From the NCBI GenBank assembly GCA_963837425.1, contig CAWINH010000002.1, positions 599,129 to 663,128 of the forward strand: DNA of 64,000 bases. Reading direction: 5' to 3'. Made by a program: the position numbers and the translations under genes. The stretch is from an uncultured Chloroflexia bacterium (lineage in GTDB: Bacteria; Chloroflexota; Limnocylindria; QHBO01). Below the pieces are notes generated by a model that worked only from the letters and a program-made list of their open reading frames with translations, had not been told where the DNA came from and ran no database searches. Shown in pieces: positions 1 through 9,325 of this stretch. The number at the start of each line of letters is the position of its first letter. Position 1 is the first letter of the stretch.

Positions 1-7
1 GTGACCC

Positions 8-940
8 ATGATGCGGACCTCGACCTGGCGGGCCCTGGGAACCGGGGTCGTGCTGGTGACGAACGGGACCGGGCACACGCGGGCGCGCAGCGCTCTTGCG
101 GCGCTGCTCGAGAAAGTGGACGCCACCTACAGCCGCTTTCGGCCCGATAGTGAGCTGAGCCGCCTGAATGCCTGGGGCGGGCAGCGCGTGCCGGTCAGCC
201 CGCTGCTGGCAGATGCGATCGGTGCTTCACTGCGCGGGGCACGGCTGACCGACGGCCTCGTGGATCCGACCGTCGGACGCGCGATGCGCCTGATTGGCTA
301 TGACGTCGACTTCGCGACGGTGGCGTCCCGGAGCGACGGTCGCGGCCTGCGCTTCGAGCCCGTACCCGGATGGCAGGCGGTCCACTTCGACGCTGACGCT
401 CCCTGGGTGCAGCTCGACCCCGGCGTCGAGCTGGACCTCGGATCCACGGGCAAGGCGCTCGCCGCCGAGCTGGGTACCGCCGCGGCGCGCGCGGCGATGG
501 GCGGCGGCGGGGCATTGGTGAGCCTGGGCGGCGATGTCGCGGTGGCCGGTGAGCCTCCGACCGGCGGTTGGCGCATCCTGGCAGCCGAGGACAGCACGAC
601 GCCGCCCGACGCCCCCGGAGAGGTGATCACCCTCACGAGTGGCGGAACCGCCACCTCGAGCACGACCGTTCGCCGCTGGACCCGCGACGGCGTCCGCCTC
701 CATCACCTCGTGGATCCGGCGACGGGTCGACCGGCCAGCGGGCCATGGCGGACGGTCACCGTGGCGGCTGCGAGCTGCGTCGACGCGAACATCGCCGCCA
801 CCGCGGCAGTGCTGCTCGGCGATCGGGCCGTGGGCTGGTTGGAGGAGCGCTGCCTGCCGGCTCGCCTGGTGGGGACCGATGGCGCCGTGCGGTGGACCGC
901 GGGCTGGCCCATCCCCGAGATGCAGGCGGTGCCGGCATGA
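8..940 (+). CDS. apbE: FAD:protein FMN transferase (ApbE family)
   Basis: 310-aa ORF with ApbE-like blocks (WRALGTGVVLV, SRFRPDSELSRLN, HHLVDPATGRP). An in-frame TGA at 2-4 makes the ATG at 8/11 the earliest possible start. The stop overlaps the next start (ATGA at 937-940). Confidence 0.8.
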   Translation: MMRTSTWRALGTGVVLVTNGTGHTRARSALAALLEKVDATYSRFRPDSELSRLNAWGGQRVPVSPLLADAIGASLRGARLTDGLVDPTVGRAMRLIGYDVDFATVASRSDGRGLRFEPVPGWQAVHFDADAPWVQLDPGVELDLGSTGKALAAELGTAAARAAMGGGGALVSLGGDVAVAGEPPTGGWRILAAEDSTTPPDAPGEVITLTSGGTATSSTTVRRWTRDGVRLHHLVDPATGRPASGPWRTVTVAAASCVDANIAATAAVLLGDRAVGWLEERCLPARLVGTDGAVRWTAGWPIPEMQAVPA

Positions 941-1521
941 GCACGAACTTCTTCTGGTTTGCGACCCGGGGCGCTGGCATCGCCTCGTTGATCATGCTGA
1001 CCGGCGTGGTCGCCCTGGGCATCCTCACCGCGGTGCGCTGGCAGCGGCCCGGCTGGCCGCGCTTCCTGAGCGCCCAGCTGCACGAGAGCGTCTCGCTGCT
1101 GACGCTCGTCTTCCTGGCGGTTCACGTCGTGATCGCGGTCTGGGATCCGTACACCTCGCTGGGATGGGCCGCCGCGCTCGTGCCGTTTTCGTCGCCGTAT
1201 CGGCAGTTCTGGCTGGGCCTGGGCGGCGTGGCGCTCTATCTCATCGGCGCCGTCATCGTCACCAGCCTCCTGCGCCCCCGCTTCGGCGCGCGGGCCTGGC
1301 GAGCGGTTCACTGGCTGACCTACGCAGCCTGGCCGCTGGCCCTGGTCCACGGCATCGGGACCGGGACCGACACGGGCGCGAGCTGGATGTGGCTCGTGGA
1401 CGGGGCGTGCCTGGTCATCGTCGCGGCTGCCGTCATGTGGCGATTGCAGACCGCCGACACCGACCTGGCCACCCGCGAAGCGGCGCTCCCGCGCCACGCA
1501 TCGAGGAGGACGGCTCCTTGA
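937..1521 (+). CDS. ferric-reductase-like transmembrane (haem b-binding type) protein
   Basis: Internal ATG at 937 of ORF 568..1521. 194 aa, strongly hydrophobic, with His residues inside predicted helices (QLHESV, FLAVHVVIAV, AVHWLTY, LALVHGIG) as in FRD/MsrQ-type domains. Translationally coupled on both sides. Confidence 0.65.
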   Translation: MSTNFFWFATRGAGIASLIMLTGVVALGILTAVRWQRPGWPRFLSAQLHESVSLLTLVFLAVHVVIAVWDPYTSLGWAAALVPFSSPYRQFWLGLGGVALYLIGAVIVTSLLRPRFGARAWRAVHWLTYAAWPLALVHGIGTGTDTGASWMWLVDGACLVIVAAAVMWRLQTADTDLATREAALPRHASRRTAP

Positions 1522-2768
1522 CCGGACCCGCGGTGTCGTCGTATCGGCTGCTCGCCGGACCGGAGTTCGAGAACGGCCCCGAATCGTATCGGGATCACCT
1601 AGCGCGCCTCGGCGACCTGCCGCTGGGGCTCGCCGGACCGCGGCTCATCGACGAGCTCGATCGCAGCGGCCTCCTCGGCCGCGGGGGTGCCGGATTCGGT
1701 GTCGGGCGCAAGTGGCGCGCGGTCGCGCAGCGAGCCCGGAACGGAGCGGTCGTGGTCGCCAACGGGGCCGAGGGCGAGCCGCGATCCGCGAAGGACCAGG
1801 CGCTGCTCTACCTTCGGCCGCACCTCGTGATCGACGGCGGCATCCTTGCCGCGCGCAGTGTCGGGGCCGATGTCCTGCGCATCTACGTCGGCGCGGACCA
1901 CGGGGCGGCCCTCGAGGCGGTCCGGACAGCTCTCGCCGAGCGGCCGAAACTCAGGCGGCTCTCGATCGAGCTCGTGGAGGCGCCGGTCGGCTATGTCTCC
2001 GGCGAGTCGAGCGCGGTCGTCCGTTACCTGAACGAGCGCGACCCTCGCCCGATGTCCAGTCCGCCGCGGCCGTTCGAGCGCGGCGTTCGTGGGCGGCCGA
2101 CGCTCGTCCAGAACGTCGAGAGTCTCGCCCACGCGGCGCTAATCGCCCGCCACGGCGCAGCGTGGTACCGGGAGCCAGGGCTCGCGGAGTCGCGAGGCAC
2201 CGCGCTCGTGACGCTGAGCGGCCCGGTGGCCAGCCCCGGCGTCCGCGAAATCGCGTATGGCACGACCCTTCGCGAGCTGATCGGCGCGGCCGGCGGCCTG
2301 ACCGAGCCGGTTGGTGCGGCGGTCATCGGGGGCTATTTCGGCGGCTGGGCTCGCGCGGCCGAGCTGATGGATCTGCCACTCGACCCGGAGCACCTGGCGG
2401 GGATCGGGCTCGGGTTCGGGTGTGGCCTCGTCTCCCTCCTCCCCGCTCGGTCCTGCGGCGTGCGAGCCACCGAGCAGATCATGTCGTACATGGCCGGCGA
2501 GAGCGCGCAGCAGTGCGGGCCGTGCATCTTCGGCCTGGGGGCGATGGCGGCGAGCCTCGATCGGCTGGCCGTCGGCCTGCCGGAGCGCGATGACCTCCCG
2601 AACCTCGAGCGCTGGGGGCAGGAGATCGTCGGCCGCGGCGCCTGCCATCATCCCGACGGGGCTGCCGCGCTCCTGCGCAGCGCGCTCCGCGTCTTCTCCG
2701 AGGACTTCGCTCGCCACCACCTCGGGCGGTGCGGCGCACCTGACGCCTTTGCCGGGGAGGCGGCCTGA
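1518..2768 (+). CDS. NuoF-like NADH-binding flavoprotein (complex I 51 kDa subunit family, stand-alone)
   Basis: Starts at TTG 1518 (TTGA overlap with the previous stop) within ORF 639..2768. Motifs: GRGGAGFGVGRKW (FMN/NADH site as in NuoF GRGGAGFPTG.KW), ANGAEGEPRSAKD, and a C-terminal Cys cluster QQCGPCIFG...GRGACHHPDG. Confidence 0.75.
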   Translation: MTGPAVSSYRLLAGPEFENGPESYRDHLARLGDLPLGLAGPRLIDELDRSGLLGRGGAGFGVGRKWRAVAQRARNGAVVVANGAEGEPRSAKDQALLYLRPHLVIDGGILAARSVGADVLRIYVGADHGAALEAVRTALAERPKLRRLSIELVEAPVGYVSGESSAVVRYLNERDPRPMSSPPRPFERGVRGRPTLVQNVESLAHAALIARHGAAWYREPGLAESRGTALVTLSGPVASPGVREIAYGTTLRELIGAAGGLTEPVGAAVIGGYFGGWARAAELMDLPLDPEHLAGIGLGFGCGLVSLLPARSCGVRATEQIMSYMAGESAQQCGPCIFGLGAMAASLDRLAVGLPERDDLPNLERWGQEIVGRGACHHPDGAAALLRSALRVFSEDFARHHLGRCGAPDAFAGEAA

Positions 2769-2971
2769 TGCGAGCCCACCTCGAGTTCGACCGCATCAGG
2801 TGCGACGGATACGGGATGTGCGCCGAGCTGCTGCCGGAGCTGATCGGCCTCGATGAGTGGGGATACCCGATCCTGCGCGCCGCGGCCGTGCCGGAGCGGC
2901 TGCGCGAGCTCGCCGAGCGGGCCGTCGACATCTGTCCGGTGCTCGCCCTGCGGATCGAGGTTGGAGGATGA
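2768..2971 (+). CDS. small ferredoxin
   Basis: 67 aa with the CDGYGMC...DICP pattern of small bacterial [3Fe-4S]/[4Fe-4S] ferredoxins. ATGA overlap with the NuoF-like gene. Confidence 0.7.
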   Translation: MRAHLEFDRIRCDGYGMCAELLPELIGLDEWGYPILRAAAVPERLRELAERAVDICPVLALRIEVGG

Positions 2972-2978
2972 TAGGCCC

Positions 2979-3647
2979 ATGCGGATCCTGGTTGCCGAGG
3001 ATGAGCCGGCGCTGCAGCGGGTGATCGCCCAGGGCCTCCGGGATGCCGGATACCACGTCGACACCGCGGACCGTGGCGACGATGCCATCGATCAGCTGAA
3101 GTGGTACGAGTACGACGTGGCGATCATCGACTGGCGGATGCCGGGCGCCGAGGGGATCGACGTCGTCGCGTGGGCGCGCCGCAACCGACGGCCGACTGCG
3201 CTCCTGATGCTCACCGCGCGGGACGCCCCCGCGGATCGGATCCGCGGCCTCGATACCGGCGCGGACGACTACCTCGTCAAGCCGTTCGACTTCGGTGAGC
3301 TGCTGGCGCGAGTGCGGGCGCTGCAGCGGCGGCCACGGGATGTGAGCGGGCCGCGCGTCCAGCACGGCGCCGTGTCGCTCGATCCGGTCAGTCGCGTGGT
3401 GACCGCCGACGGCCGGAGGCTGCGTCTCACCGCCACCGAATACCTGATCCTCGAGCTTCTCATGCGGCGATCGCCTGCGATCGTCAGCCGTAAGGCGATC
3501 GCGGAGCACGCCTGGGCAGACGAGACCGACCCGCTCGGCTCGAATGCGATTGACGTCCAGATGAGCCGGCTCCGCGCCAAGCTGCCCGGCTCGGGGGTCC
3601 GCATCGTGACCGTTCGGGGTGCCGGCTACCGCCTGGTGGACGCATGA
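2979..3647 (+). CDS. OmpR-family response regulator
   Basis: MRILVAEDE start, receiver Asp in VAIIDWRMPG, LTARD, KPF. C-terminal winged-helix (LTATEYLILELL...VRGAGYRL). Confidence 0.9.
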   Translation: MRILVAEDEPALQRVIAQGLRDAGYHVDTADRGDDAIDQLKWYEYDVAIIDWRMPGAEGIDVVAWARRNRRPTALLMLTARDAPADRIRGLDTGADDYLVKPFDFGELLARVRALQRRPRDVSGPRVQHGAVSLDPVSRVVTADGRRLRLTATEYLILELLMRRSPAIVSRKAIAEHAWADETDPLGSNAIDVQMSRLRAKLPGSGVRIVTVRGAGYRLVDA

Positions 3648-4855
3648 CCGCTCGACCGCCTCATGACGTCCGCCGCGCGTCGATCAGGGTCGCGCTCGGA
3701 ACGACGGCCGCCGTGGCCGTCGTCTACCTGCTGGTGGCCGCCGCCGTGGTGGTGATCGTCACCGCCAACCTGACCGGGCAGGTCGACGAGCGCCTGGCGA
3801 CGGCACTCGCCGCGCCACAGCCCACCGATGCCGCCGATGGCGATCCCCCGGAGGGACCCCATGACCGACCCCTCGGCACGCCGGTTCTCACCTGGCTGGT
3901 GCGGACCGATGGCACGGTGCTGACCAGCGCGGCGTCGACGCTGCCGGCGGGCGCCCGCGAGGTGATCCGGCCCGCGACCGTCACGATCGCCGGGACACCG
4001 ATCCGCGTGGCGGGCACCGACACCGCAACCGGGCATCTCGTGGTCGGCCAGGACATGACCGACGTCCAGCACGCGCAGTCGACGACGATGCTGGCCGAGC
4101 TGATCATTGGCCCGATCCTCCTCGTCATCGTCTTCGGCGGTTCCGTCTTCGTCGGGCGCCGGGTAGCGACCCCGGTTGAGGTCGCCCGCCGCCGGCAGCT
4201 CGACTTCTCGGCCGATGCGTCGCATGAGCTGCGGACCCCGCTCGCCGTGATCGAGGCTCACGCCAGCCTGGCGCTCTCGGAGCCACGCACCCCTGACTGG
4301 TACCGGACCGCCTTCGAGCAGGTCAGCGAGGAGTCGCACCGGATGCGCGGGCTGGTGGACGACCTGCTCTGGCTGGCCCGCTTCGACGCCACGCATGGGA
4401 GGCCGGCGTCCGAGCCCGTCGATCTCGGGACGATCGCAACCCAGGCGGTCGACCGCTTCCGCCCGGTCGCCGAGGCGAAGGGACTCGCGCTCGGCGTTGA
4501 GGGCGCCGACGAGCAGGCCGTCGCGGCGCCGGCGGAGTGGCTGGACCGCCTCCTTGGCGTCCTTCTCGACAACGCCTGCAAGTACGCCTCACCGGGCGGG
4601 GAAGTGCGCGTTCGGGTGAGGGCCGATGGCGGCCGGGTGGAGCTCGTCGTCGACGACTCCGGGCCGGGGATTGCCGAGTCCGAGCGCGACAGGATCTTCG
4701 ATCGGTTCCACCGCGCCGAGGAGCGGGGCAGCGGTGCCGGCCTGGGACTGGCGATTGCCGACGAGATCGTCCGCGCCACGAACGGGCGCTGGCACCTTGA
4801 CACCGCGCCGCAGGGCGGCGCGAGGATGAGCGTCAGCTGGCCGCGGGGCCACTAG
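3644..4855 (+). CDS. sensor histidine kinase
   Basis: ATGA overlap with the regulator. N-terminal TM segments, H-box SHELRTPL, N-box LLDNACKY, G-boxes DDSGPGI and GSGAGLGLAI. Confidence 0.9.
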   Translation: MTARPPHDVRRASIRVALGTTAAVAVVYLLVAAAVVVIVTANLTGQVDERLATALAAPQPTDAADGDPPEGPHDRPLGTPVLTWLVRTDGTVLTSAASTLPAGAREVIRPATVTIAGTPIRVAGTDTATGHLVVGQDMTDVQHAQSTTMLAELIIGPILLVIVFGGSVFVGRRVATPVEVARRRQLDFSADASHELRTPLAVIEAHASLALSEPRTPDWYRTAFEQVSEESHRMRGLVDDLLWLARFDATHGRPASEPVDLGTIATQAVDRFRPVAEAKGLALGVEGADEQAVAAPAEWLDRLLGVLLDNACKYASPGGEVRVRVRADGGRVELVVDDSGPGIAESERDRIFDRFHRAEERGSGAGLGLAIADEIVRATNGRWHLDTAPQGGARMSVSWPRGH

Positions 4856-4906
4856 CGAGAGGGCTGAGCCGGGAGCGGCGCGGGCTGCCGCCGCCCCCGG
4901 TATTGA

Positions 4907-5173
4907 CTAGCCCGAGGCCGAGCTCCCGGAGGAGTCGGTCCCCGAGGCCGCGCGATCGCACACGTGACCGCCGGCGGTTCCAGGGCTTGCCGAGGACGTC
5001 GCCGCGGGGCTCGCACTGGGGTCTGCCGATGGTGACGCGGCAAGGACGCTCGCCACGCCCGCCAGCGTCAGCGTGGCGCCCAGCGCCAGGGCCAGAAGCC
5101 AGGACCTGGCGCCTGAGGATCGGCGCCGCCCGGCCGCGGGATCGCTGTCCGGCGGATCGAAGTTCATCTCCAT
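4907..5173 (-). CDS. small exported low-complexity protein (hypothetical)
   Basis: Internal ATG at 5173 of ORF 4907..5395, preceded by AAGGAGG 7 nt upstream. 88 aa: charged N-terminus (GRRRSS), one hydrophobic helix, then a Ser/Ala/Pro-rich tail with a single GGHVCD motif. Confidence 0.5.
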   Translation of the reverse strand: MEMNFDPPDSDPAAGRRRSSGARSWLLALALGATLTLAGVASVLAASPSADPSASPAATSSASPGTAGGHVCDRAASGTDSSGSSASG

Positions 5174-5222
5174 GTTCGGTACCTCCTTTCCGTCGCCGGC
5201 TCTGGGCGAGCGACATGGGAGA

Positions 5223-5843
5223 TCATGGCCTCGGTTCCTTCGACGATCCTTGGAGCCTGATCGCCTGCCAGATCGTTTCCACGAGGCTGTCGATCCACGC
5301 TTCATCAGCGATGCCGCCGGTGATGTGGTGGACGAGCACCGATCCGAGCATCGCCTCGGGGATCGCCTCGAGGTGGGCGTCGGGCCGCACCTCACCGCGC
5401 TCCACGCCCCTGCGCAGGGTGGTCAGCAGCATCTCGCGCCGCGGTTCGATGAGCCGGGCACGCAGCGTCGCCAGCAGCTCGGGCTCTCGCTCTTCCTCGG
5501 CGAGGACCGTGGCGAGGACGTGGATCGCCCCGGCCCCGATCAGCATCTGGACGCCCTGGCCTGCGATCGCCACGAGCGCTTGGCGGGTCGGAAGGTCCGG
5601 CGGGGGAGCGGGGAACGGGGTCTCGGCCATCACCGATGCGACCACGAGCTCGTGCTTCGATCGATAGCGCCGGTAGATCGTCGTCTTCGCCACGCCGGAG
5701 CGGGCCGCCACTCCCTCGATCGACATGCCGCGGTACCCCTCCTCGCGGAGGAGCCGGAACGTGGCCGCGGTGATCGCTCGATCGGCGGACGGGTCGCGCG
5801 GCCGGCCGGCGCGCGCGCTCACCCCGGAGTCGGGTTCGCTCAC
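5223..5843 (-). CDS. TetR/AcrR-family transcriptional regulator
   Basis: N-terminal HTH MSIEGVAARSGVAKTTIYRRYRSKHEL. 206 aa. Confidence 0.9.
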   Translation of the reverse strand: MSEPDSGVSARAGRPRDPSADRAITAATFRLLREEGYRGMSIEGVAARSGVAKTTIYRRYRSKHELVVASVMAETPFPAPPPDLPTRQALVAIAGQGVQMLIGAGAIHVLATVLAEEEREPELLATLRARLIEPRREMLLTTLRRGVERGEVRPDAHLEAIPEAMLGSVLVHHITGGIADEAWIDSLVETIWQAIRLQGSSKEPRP

Positions 5844-5852
5844 GAGCGGAGG

Positions 5853-7421
5853 TTACTCGTCAACTGGGACTTCGATCGCCACCGGCCCGATCGCTGCCGC
5901 CGGCGCTGCGTCGGCCTGCGGCACGTGGTGCGCCGGCAGGAAGCGCAGCACGAGGATCGCGCTGACGAGGGCGATCCCCGCGGCGACCGGCCCCGCGACC
6001 GACAGCGCGTCGACCCACGCCAGGCGGGCGGCATCACCCAGCCCGGCACCAGCGGCGCCGAGCTGGGACGCGATCGCGGTGGCCGCGCCGACCGAGTCGC
6101 CCGCCGCCTGCGCCGCGGGGACGGGCAGGGGCAGTGCCGCCACGACGTCCGCCATCTGCCCGCGGTACACGGTGTTCATCACCGAGCCGATGATCGCCAC
6201 GCCGAGCGCCCCGCCGAGCTGGCGCACGAGGTCGTTCATCGCCGACCCGATGCCGGCCTTCTCCTCGGGCACGGCACCCATGACCGAATCGGTGGCGGGA
6301 GCCATGACGTTGGCCATCGCGGTGGCCAGCGCGAAGAGGGTGAGCACGATCGCCCAGTCGGGGGTGGCGATGTCCCATCGGCTGATGAGCAGCATGACCG
6401 CGGCCACGAGGACCATGGCCCCGGCCACGACCTGGCTCGTGCCGCGCCGTGCGACCAACCGCATCGAGAGCTGCGCCCCGAACGGGATCCCGAGCGCCAG
6501 TGCGAGCATGAGGGCGCCGGCGGCCAGTGCCGACTTGTCCAGGACGAACTGGAGGTACTGGGTGAGGCCGAAGATCATGGCGAACATCGCGAAGAAGACG
6601 AGCCCGATGGAGGCCGCGCCCCAGGTGAAGCGGGTCCGGCGCAGGAGGCTGAAGTCGAGCATCGGCTGAGAGGTGTGCGTCTCGCGCCAGGCGAAGAGGC
6701 CAAAGAGGACGACTGCCACGCCGAACCAGGCCAGAGTCGAGGCGTCGGTCCAGCCGGCGTCCGGCGCCTGGATGATCCCGTAGACGAGGGCCGTCACAGC
6801 GGCGATCGAGAAGACCGCTCCAGGGAGATCGAGCGCGGGCTGCTCGGGGTCGCGGCTCTCCGGCACCAGGAACCAGCCCGCGACGAGCGCGACCAGCACG
6901 ATCGGCACGTTGAGCCAGAAGACGCTCGACCAGTCGAAACCCTCGAGCAGCGCGCCGCCCACGATCGGCCCCAGGCCGATGCCGAGCCCCGAGACCCCGG
7001 CCCAGATGGCGATCGCCCGCCCACGCTCCTCGCGGGGAAAGACGTTCGCGATGACCGACAGGGTCGACGGCATGATCAGCGCCCCGCCGGCGCCCATCGC
7101 GGCGCGAGCGGCGATGAGCTGGGTCGCGTTCGCGGAGAATGTCGCGGCGGCGCTGGCTGCGCCGAAGAGCAGCAGGCCGGCCTGGAGCGCGCGAGCCCGA
7201 CCGAAGCGGTCGCCGAGCGTTCCCATCACGAGGAGCAGGCCAGCGAAGGCGAGCGTGTAGGCGTCGACCATCCATTGGAGCTCGGCGGCCGTCGCGGTGA
7301 AGTGGCGCTGCAGCGTCGGAATCGCGACGTTGAGCACTGTGTTGTCGAGCCCGATCAGGACCAGGCTCAGGGCGAGGACCCCCAGCGTCCACCATCGCCG
7401 GGCATAGATCCGATCCTCCAC
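5853..7421 (-). CDS. MFS transporter, DHA2 (EmrB/QacA-like) drug:H+ antiporter family
   Basis: 522 aa, multi-TM, with LGDRFGRAR and GAALLEG-type MFS motifs. The size fits 14-TMS DHA2. Sits 10 nt upstream of the TetR gene. Confidence 0.85.
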   Translation of the reverse strand: MEDRIYARRWWTLGVLALSLVLIGLDNTVLNVAIPTLQRHFTATAAELQWMVDAYTLAFAGLLLVMGTLGDRFGRARALQAGLLLFGAASAAATFSANATQLIAARAAMGAGGALIMPSTLSVIANVFPREERGRAIAIWAGVSGLGIGLGPIVGGALLEGFDWSSVFWLNVPIVLVALVAGWFLVPESRDPEQPALDLPGAVFSIAAVTALVYGIIQAPDAGWTDASTLAWFGVAVVLFGLFAWRETHTSQPMLDFSLLRRTRFTWGAASIGLVFFAMFAMIFGLTQYLQFVLDKSALAAGALMLALALGIPFGAQLSMRLVARRGTSQVVAGAMVLVAAVMLLISRWDIATPDWAIVLTLFALATAMANVMAPATDSVMGAVPEEKAGIGSAMNDLVRQLGGALGVAIIGSVMNTVYRGQMADVVAALPLPVPAAQAAGDSVGAATAIASQLGAAGAGLGDAARLAWVDALSVAGPVAAGIALVSAILVLRFLPAHHVPQADAAPAAAIGPVAIEVPVDE

Positions 7422-7489
7422 GTCTGCTCCTCTTATGCTGCTGCGCTATCCACTACGATACGGTAGCGTAGTGTAAGAGCACAGAGTCG

Positions 7490-8365
7490 TCAAGGGGAGG
7501 GCGGATGGGCCATGAAGAAGGCGAGCGCCAGCTCCGTCGCGTCGATCTCGCGGTTCGTGATGCCCCAGAGCAGGAGGAACAGCGTTCGCGGCGGAAGATC
7601 GGACCCGGGCCAGGTGTGTCCGCCACCGCCGACGCGGTGGAAGGTCACGTCCGCATCGGGCGTCGGTCCGCGCCAGCTGCGAACCGTGACCGCGCGCCCG
7701 ATCGTGTCCGGATCCGCTTCCGGGCCGGCGCCGTTGACGTCGACCCAGAAGCGCGCCCAATCGTCGACGCCCAGCGCGTCATGGCGAGGCTCCCGCATGA
7801 AGATCCGTCTACGCCAGCCGCGCGCGACGCCCCCTTCGTATGGCCAGTACGGGTCTTCGGAGCCGTGCACGTGAAGGACGGGCACCGGCCTGACCGGCCG
7901 CGCGCCCTCCGTGGAACGCCACGCGGTGGCGGCGACCTGCACGAGGCTCGCGACCCGCTCGGGACGTTCCCGGGCGAGGAGACCGGCCATCGCTGCCCCG
8001 TTCGACATGCCAACCACGTGGGCGCGCGCGGGATCGAGCTCGAGGCGATCGCACGCGTCCTCGATGACCGCCGCCAGGTAGTCGACGTCCGCCGGCCCCT
8101 CGCGCCCGCCCACCCAGTCTCTGCCGTCGTTCCACCGGTTGTCGAGTGCGTCGGGCAGCGCCACCGCGAAGCCGGCCGCCGCGGCTCGGGCTCGCATGCC
8201 GGTCAGCCGATCGAACGTGCGGGCGTCGATGCCCCGTCCATGGAGCTGGAGCACGAGACCCACGGCCGCCGGGGTCGTTGCGGGCTGGAGCAGGTACGGG
8301 CGGTCGCGCTCATCGTGCCGTAGCGCAATGGCCGTTTCGGTCCGGATCGTGGACGACGCCTGCAT
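7490..8365 (-). CDS. alpha/beta hydrolase, PHB-depolymerase/LpqC-like esterase
   Basis: LQLHGRG oxyanion region, nucleophile elbow GMSNGA, downstream HVHGSEDP. Confidence 0.7.
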   Translation of the reverse strand: MQASSTIRTETAIALRHDERDRPYLLQPATTPAAVGLVLQLHGRGIDARTFDRLTGMRARAAAAGFAVALPDALDNRWNDGRDWVGGREGPADVDYLAAVIEDACDRLELDPARAHVVGMSNGAAMAGLLARERPERVASLVQVAATAWRSTEGARPVRPVPVLHVHGSEDPYWPYEGGVARGWRRRIFMREPRHDALGVDDWARFWVDVNGAGPEADPDTIGRAVTVRSWRGPTPDADVTFHRVGGGGHTWPGSDLPPRTLFLLLWGITNREIDATELALAFFMAHPPSP

Positions 8366-8392
8366 TGCTCGGCAGCGTATCGCGTGTCGAGG

Positions 8393-9325
8393 CTAGGGGA
8401 GTGCGGCGAGCGCCGCCTCGAGCTCGCCGCGGGTCACGACGTTGTCCCAGCTGCCCGCGATCTTCCGATCGGCGCCGATCAGGAAGGTCCACGGCTCGCG
8501 GATGTCGCCGTCCGCCATCGTGAGCCAGGCCTTCGCCGCGGGATTCGGGACGCCGGCGGTGAAATCGGACCAGATCTCGACGTGAATGAACGCCACGTCG
8601 CCGTGGTCCTCGTTCGCGATCTGGGCGACCATGTCGGTCACCGGGCCGCAGAAGCGGCTCGTGCAGTAGACCGGAGTGCTGAAGACGACCAGCGCGGGCC
8701 GGTGCGCGGCCATGGCGTCCGCGATAGAGACCTGGTGGAGCTGCGGGTCGGGGAGCGGGACGCCGCCCTGGGCGCGCGAGTCGAGGACGACGGGGGCGAC
8801 GTCGTCGCCGAGCACGGGATTGTCGACCGAGGGCGCCTCGTCGCCGACGGTCGGCACCTGGGGATCCGCGAATACCTCGAACGTCGCATCGGCCAGTTCG
8901 ACCCTGCCGCCCAAGGTCAACGAGGCGGTCACCTGCCAGTAGCCGGCGCTCGGGAAGATCACTCCCGAGGCGGCGTACACGCCGCGCCCATCGGTGGGGA
9001 GCGTCAGCTGGGGGGGCTGGCCGGCACCGTCGGGCGTGCCGGGGAGCGGGAGGAAGTCCGCCTGCACCGGTGGCATCGCCACGGTCGGGTCGTCCACCCG
9101 GGCGAAGCTGAGCTCGGCGCTGCCGAAGCTCACCCAGCGCTCGTCGCTGCCGAGGAGCCCCACGAGGACTCGGTTCGGGCGCCCGGCAAGCAGCTGGAAG
9201 CTAGCGACCTGGGCGACGAACTCCGGATTGGCGGAGCCGCTCGGCGGGGCCGGCCCGGACCCCGCTCCGCAGGCGGTGAGCAGCATGCCGACGAGGAGCA
9301 GTGGGAGGCCGCGCCTCGCGGTCAC
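8393..9325 (-). CDS. lipoprotein with C-terminal thioredoxin-fold domain
   Basis: Lipobox LLTAC. C-terminal VVFSTPVYCTSRFCGP (Cys-x4-Cys in a Trx/SCO-like context). GTGA overlap with the upstream gene. Confidence 0.6.
   Translation of the reverse strand: MTARRGLPLLLVGMLLTACGAGSGPAPPSGSANPEFVAQVASFQLLAGRPNRVLVGLLGSDERWVSFGSAELSFARVDDPTVAMPPVQADFLPLPGTPDGAGQPPQLTLPTDGRGVYAASGVIFPSAGYWQVTASLTLGGRVELADATFEVFADPQVPTVGDEAPSVDNPVLGDDVAPVVLDSRAQGGVPLPDPQLHQVSIADAMAAHRPALVVFSTPVYCTSRFCGPVTDMVAQIANEDHGDVAFIHVEIWSDFTAGVPNPAAKAWLTMADGDIREPWTFLIGADRKIAGSWDNVVTRGELEAALAALP

Noticed and set aside
5073-7466. Very long ORFs antisense to real genes. Examples: 5073..7466 (+, 797 aa), 36793..38997 (+, 734 aa), 16665..18446 (-, 593 aa) and 39277..40701 (+, 474 aa).
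   Set aside because: Their translations are Arg/Gly/Pro/Asp/His-rich with no recognisable motifs. They lie exactly opposite well-supported transporter genes. Such shadow ORFs are expected at about 70% GC because stop codons are rare.
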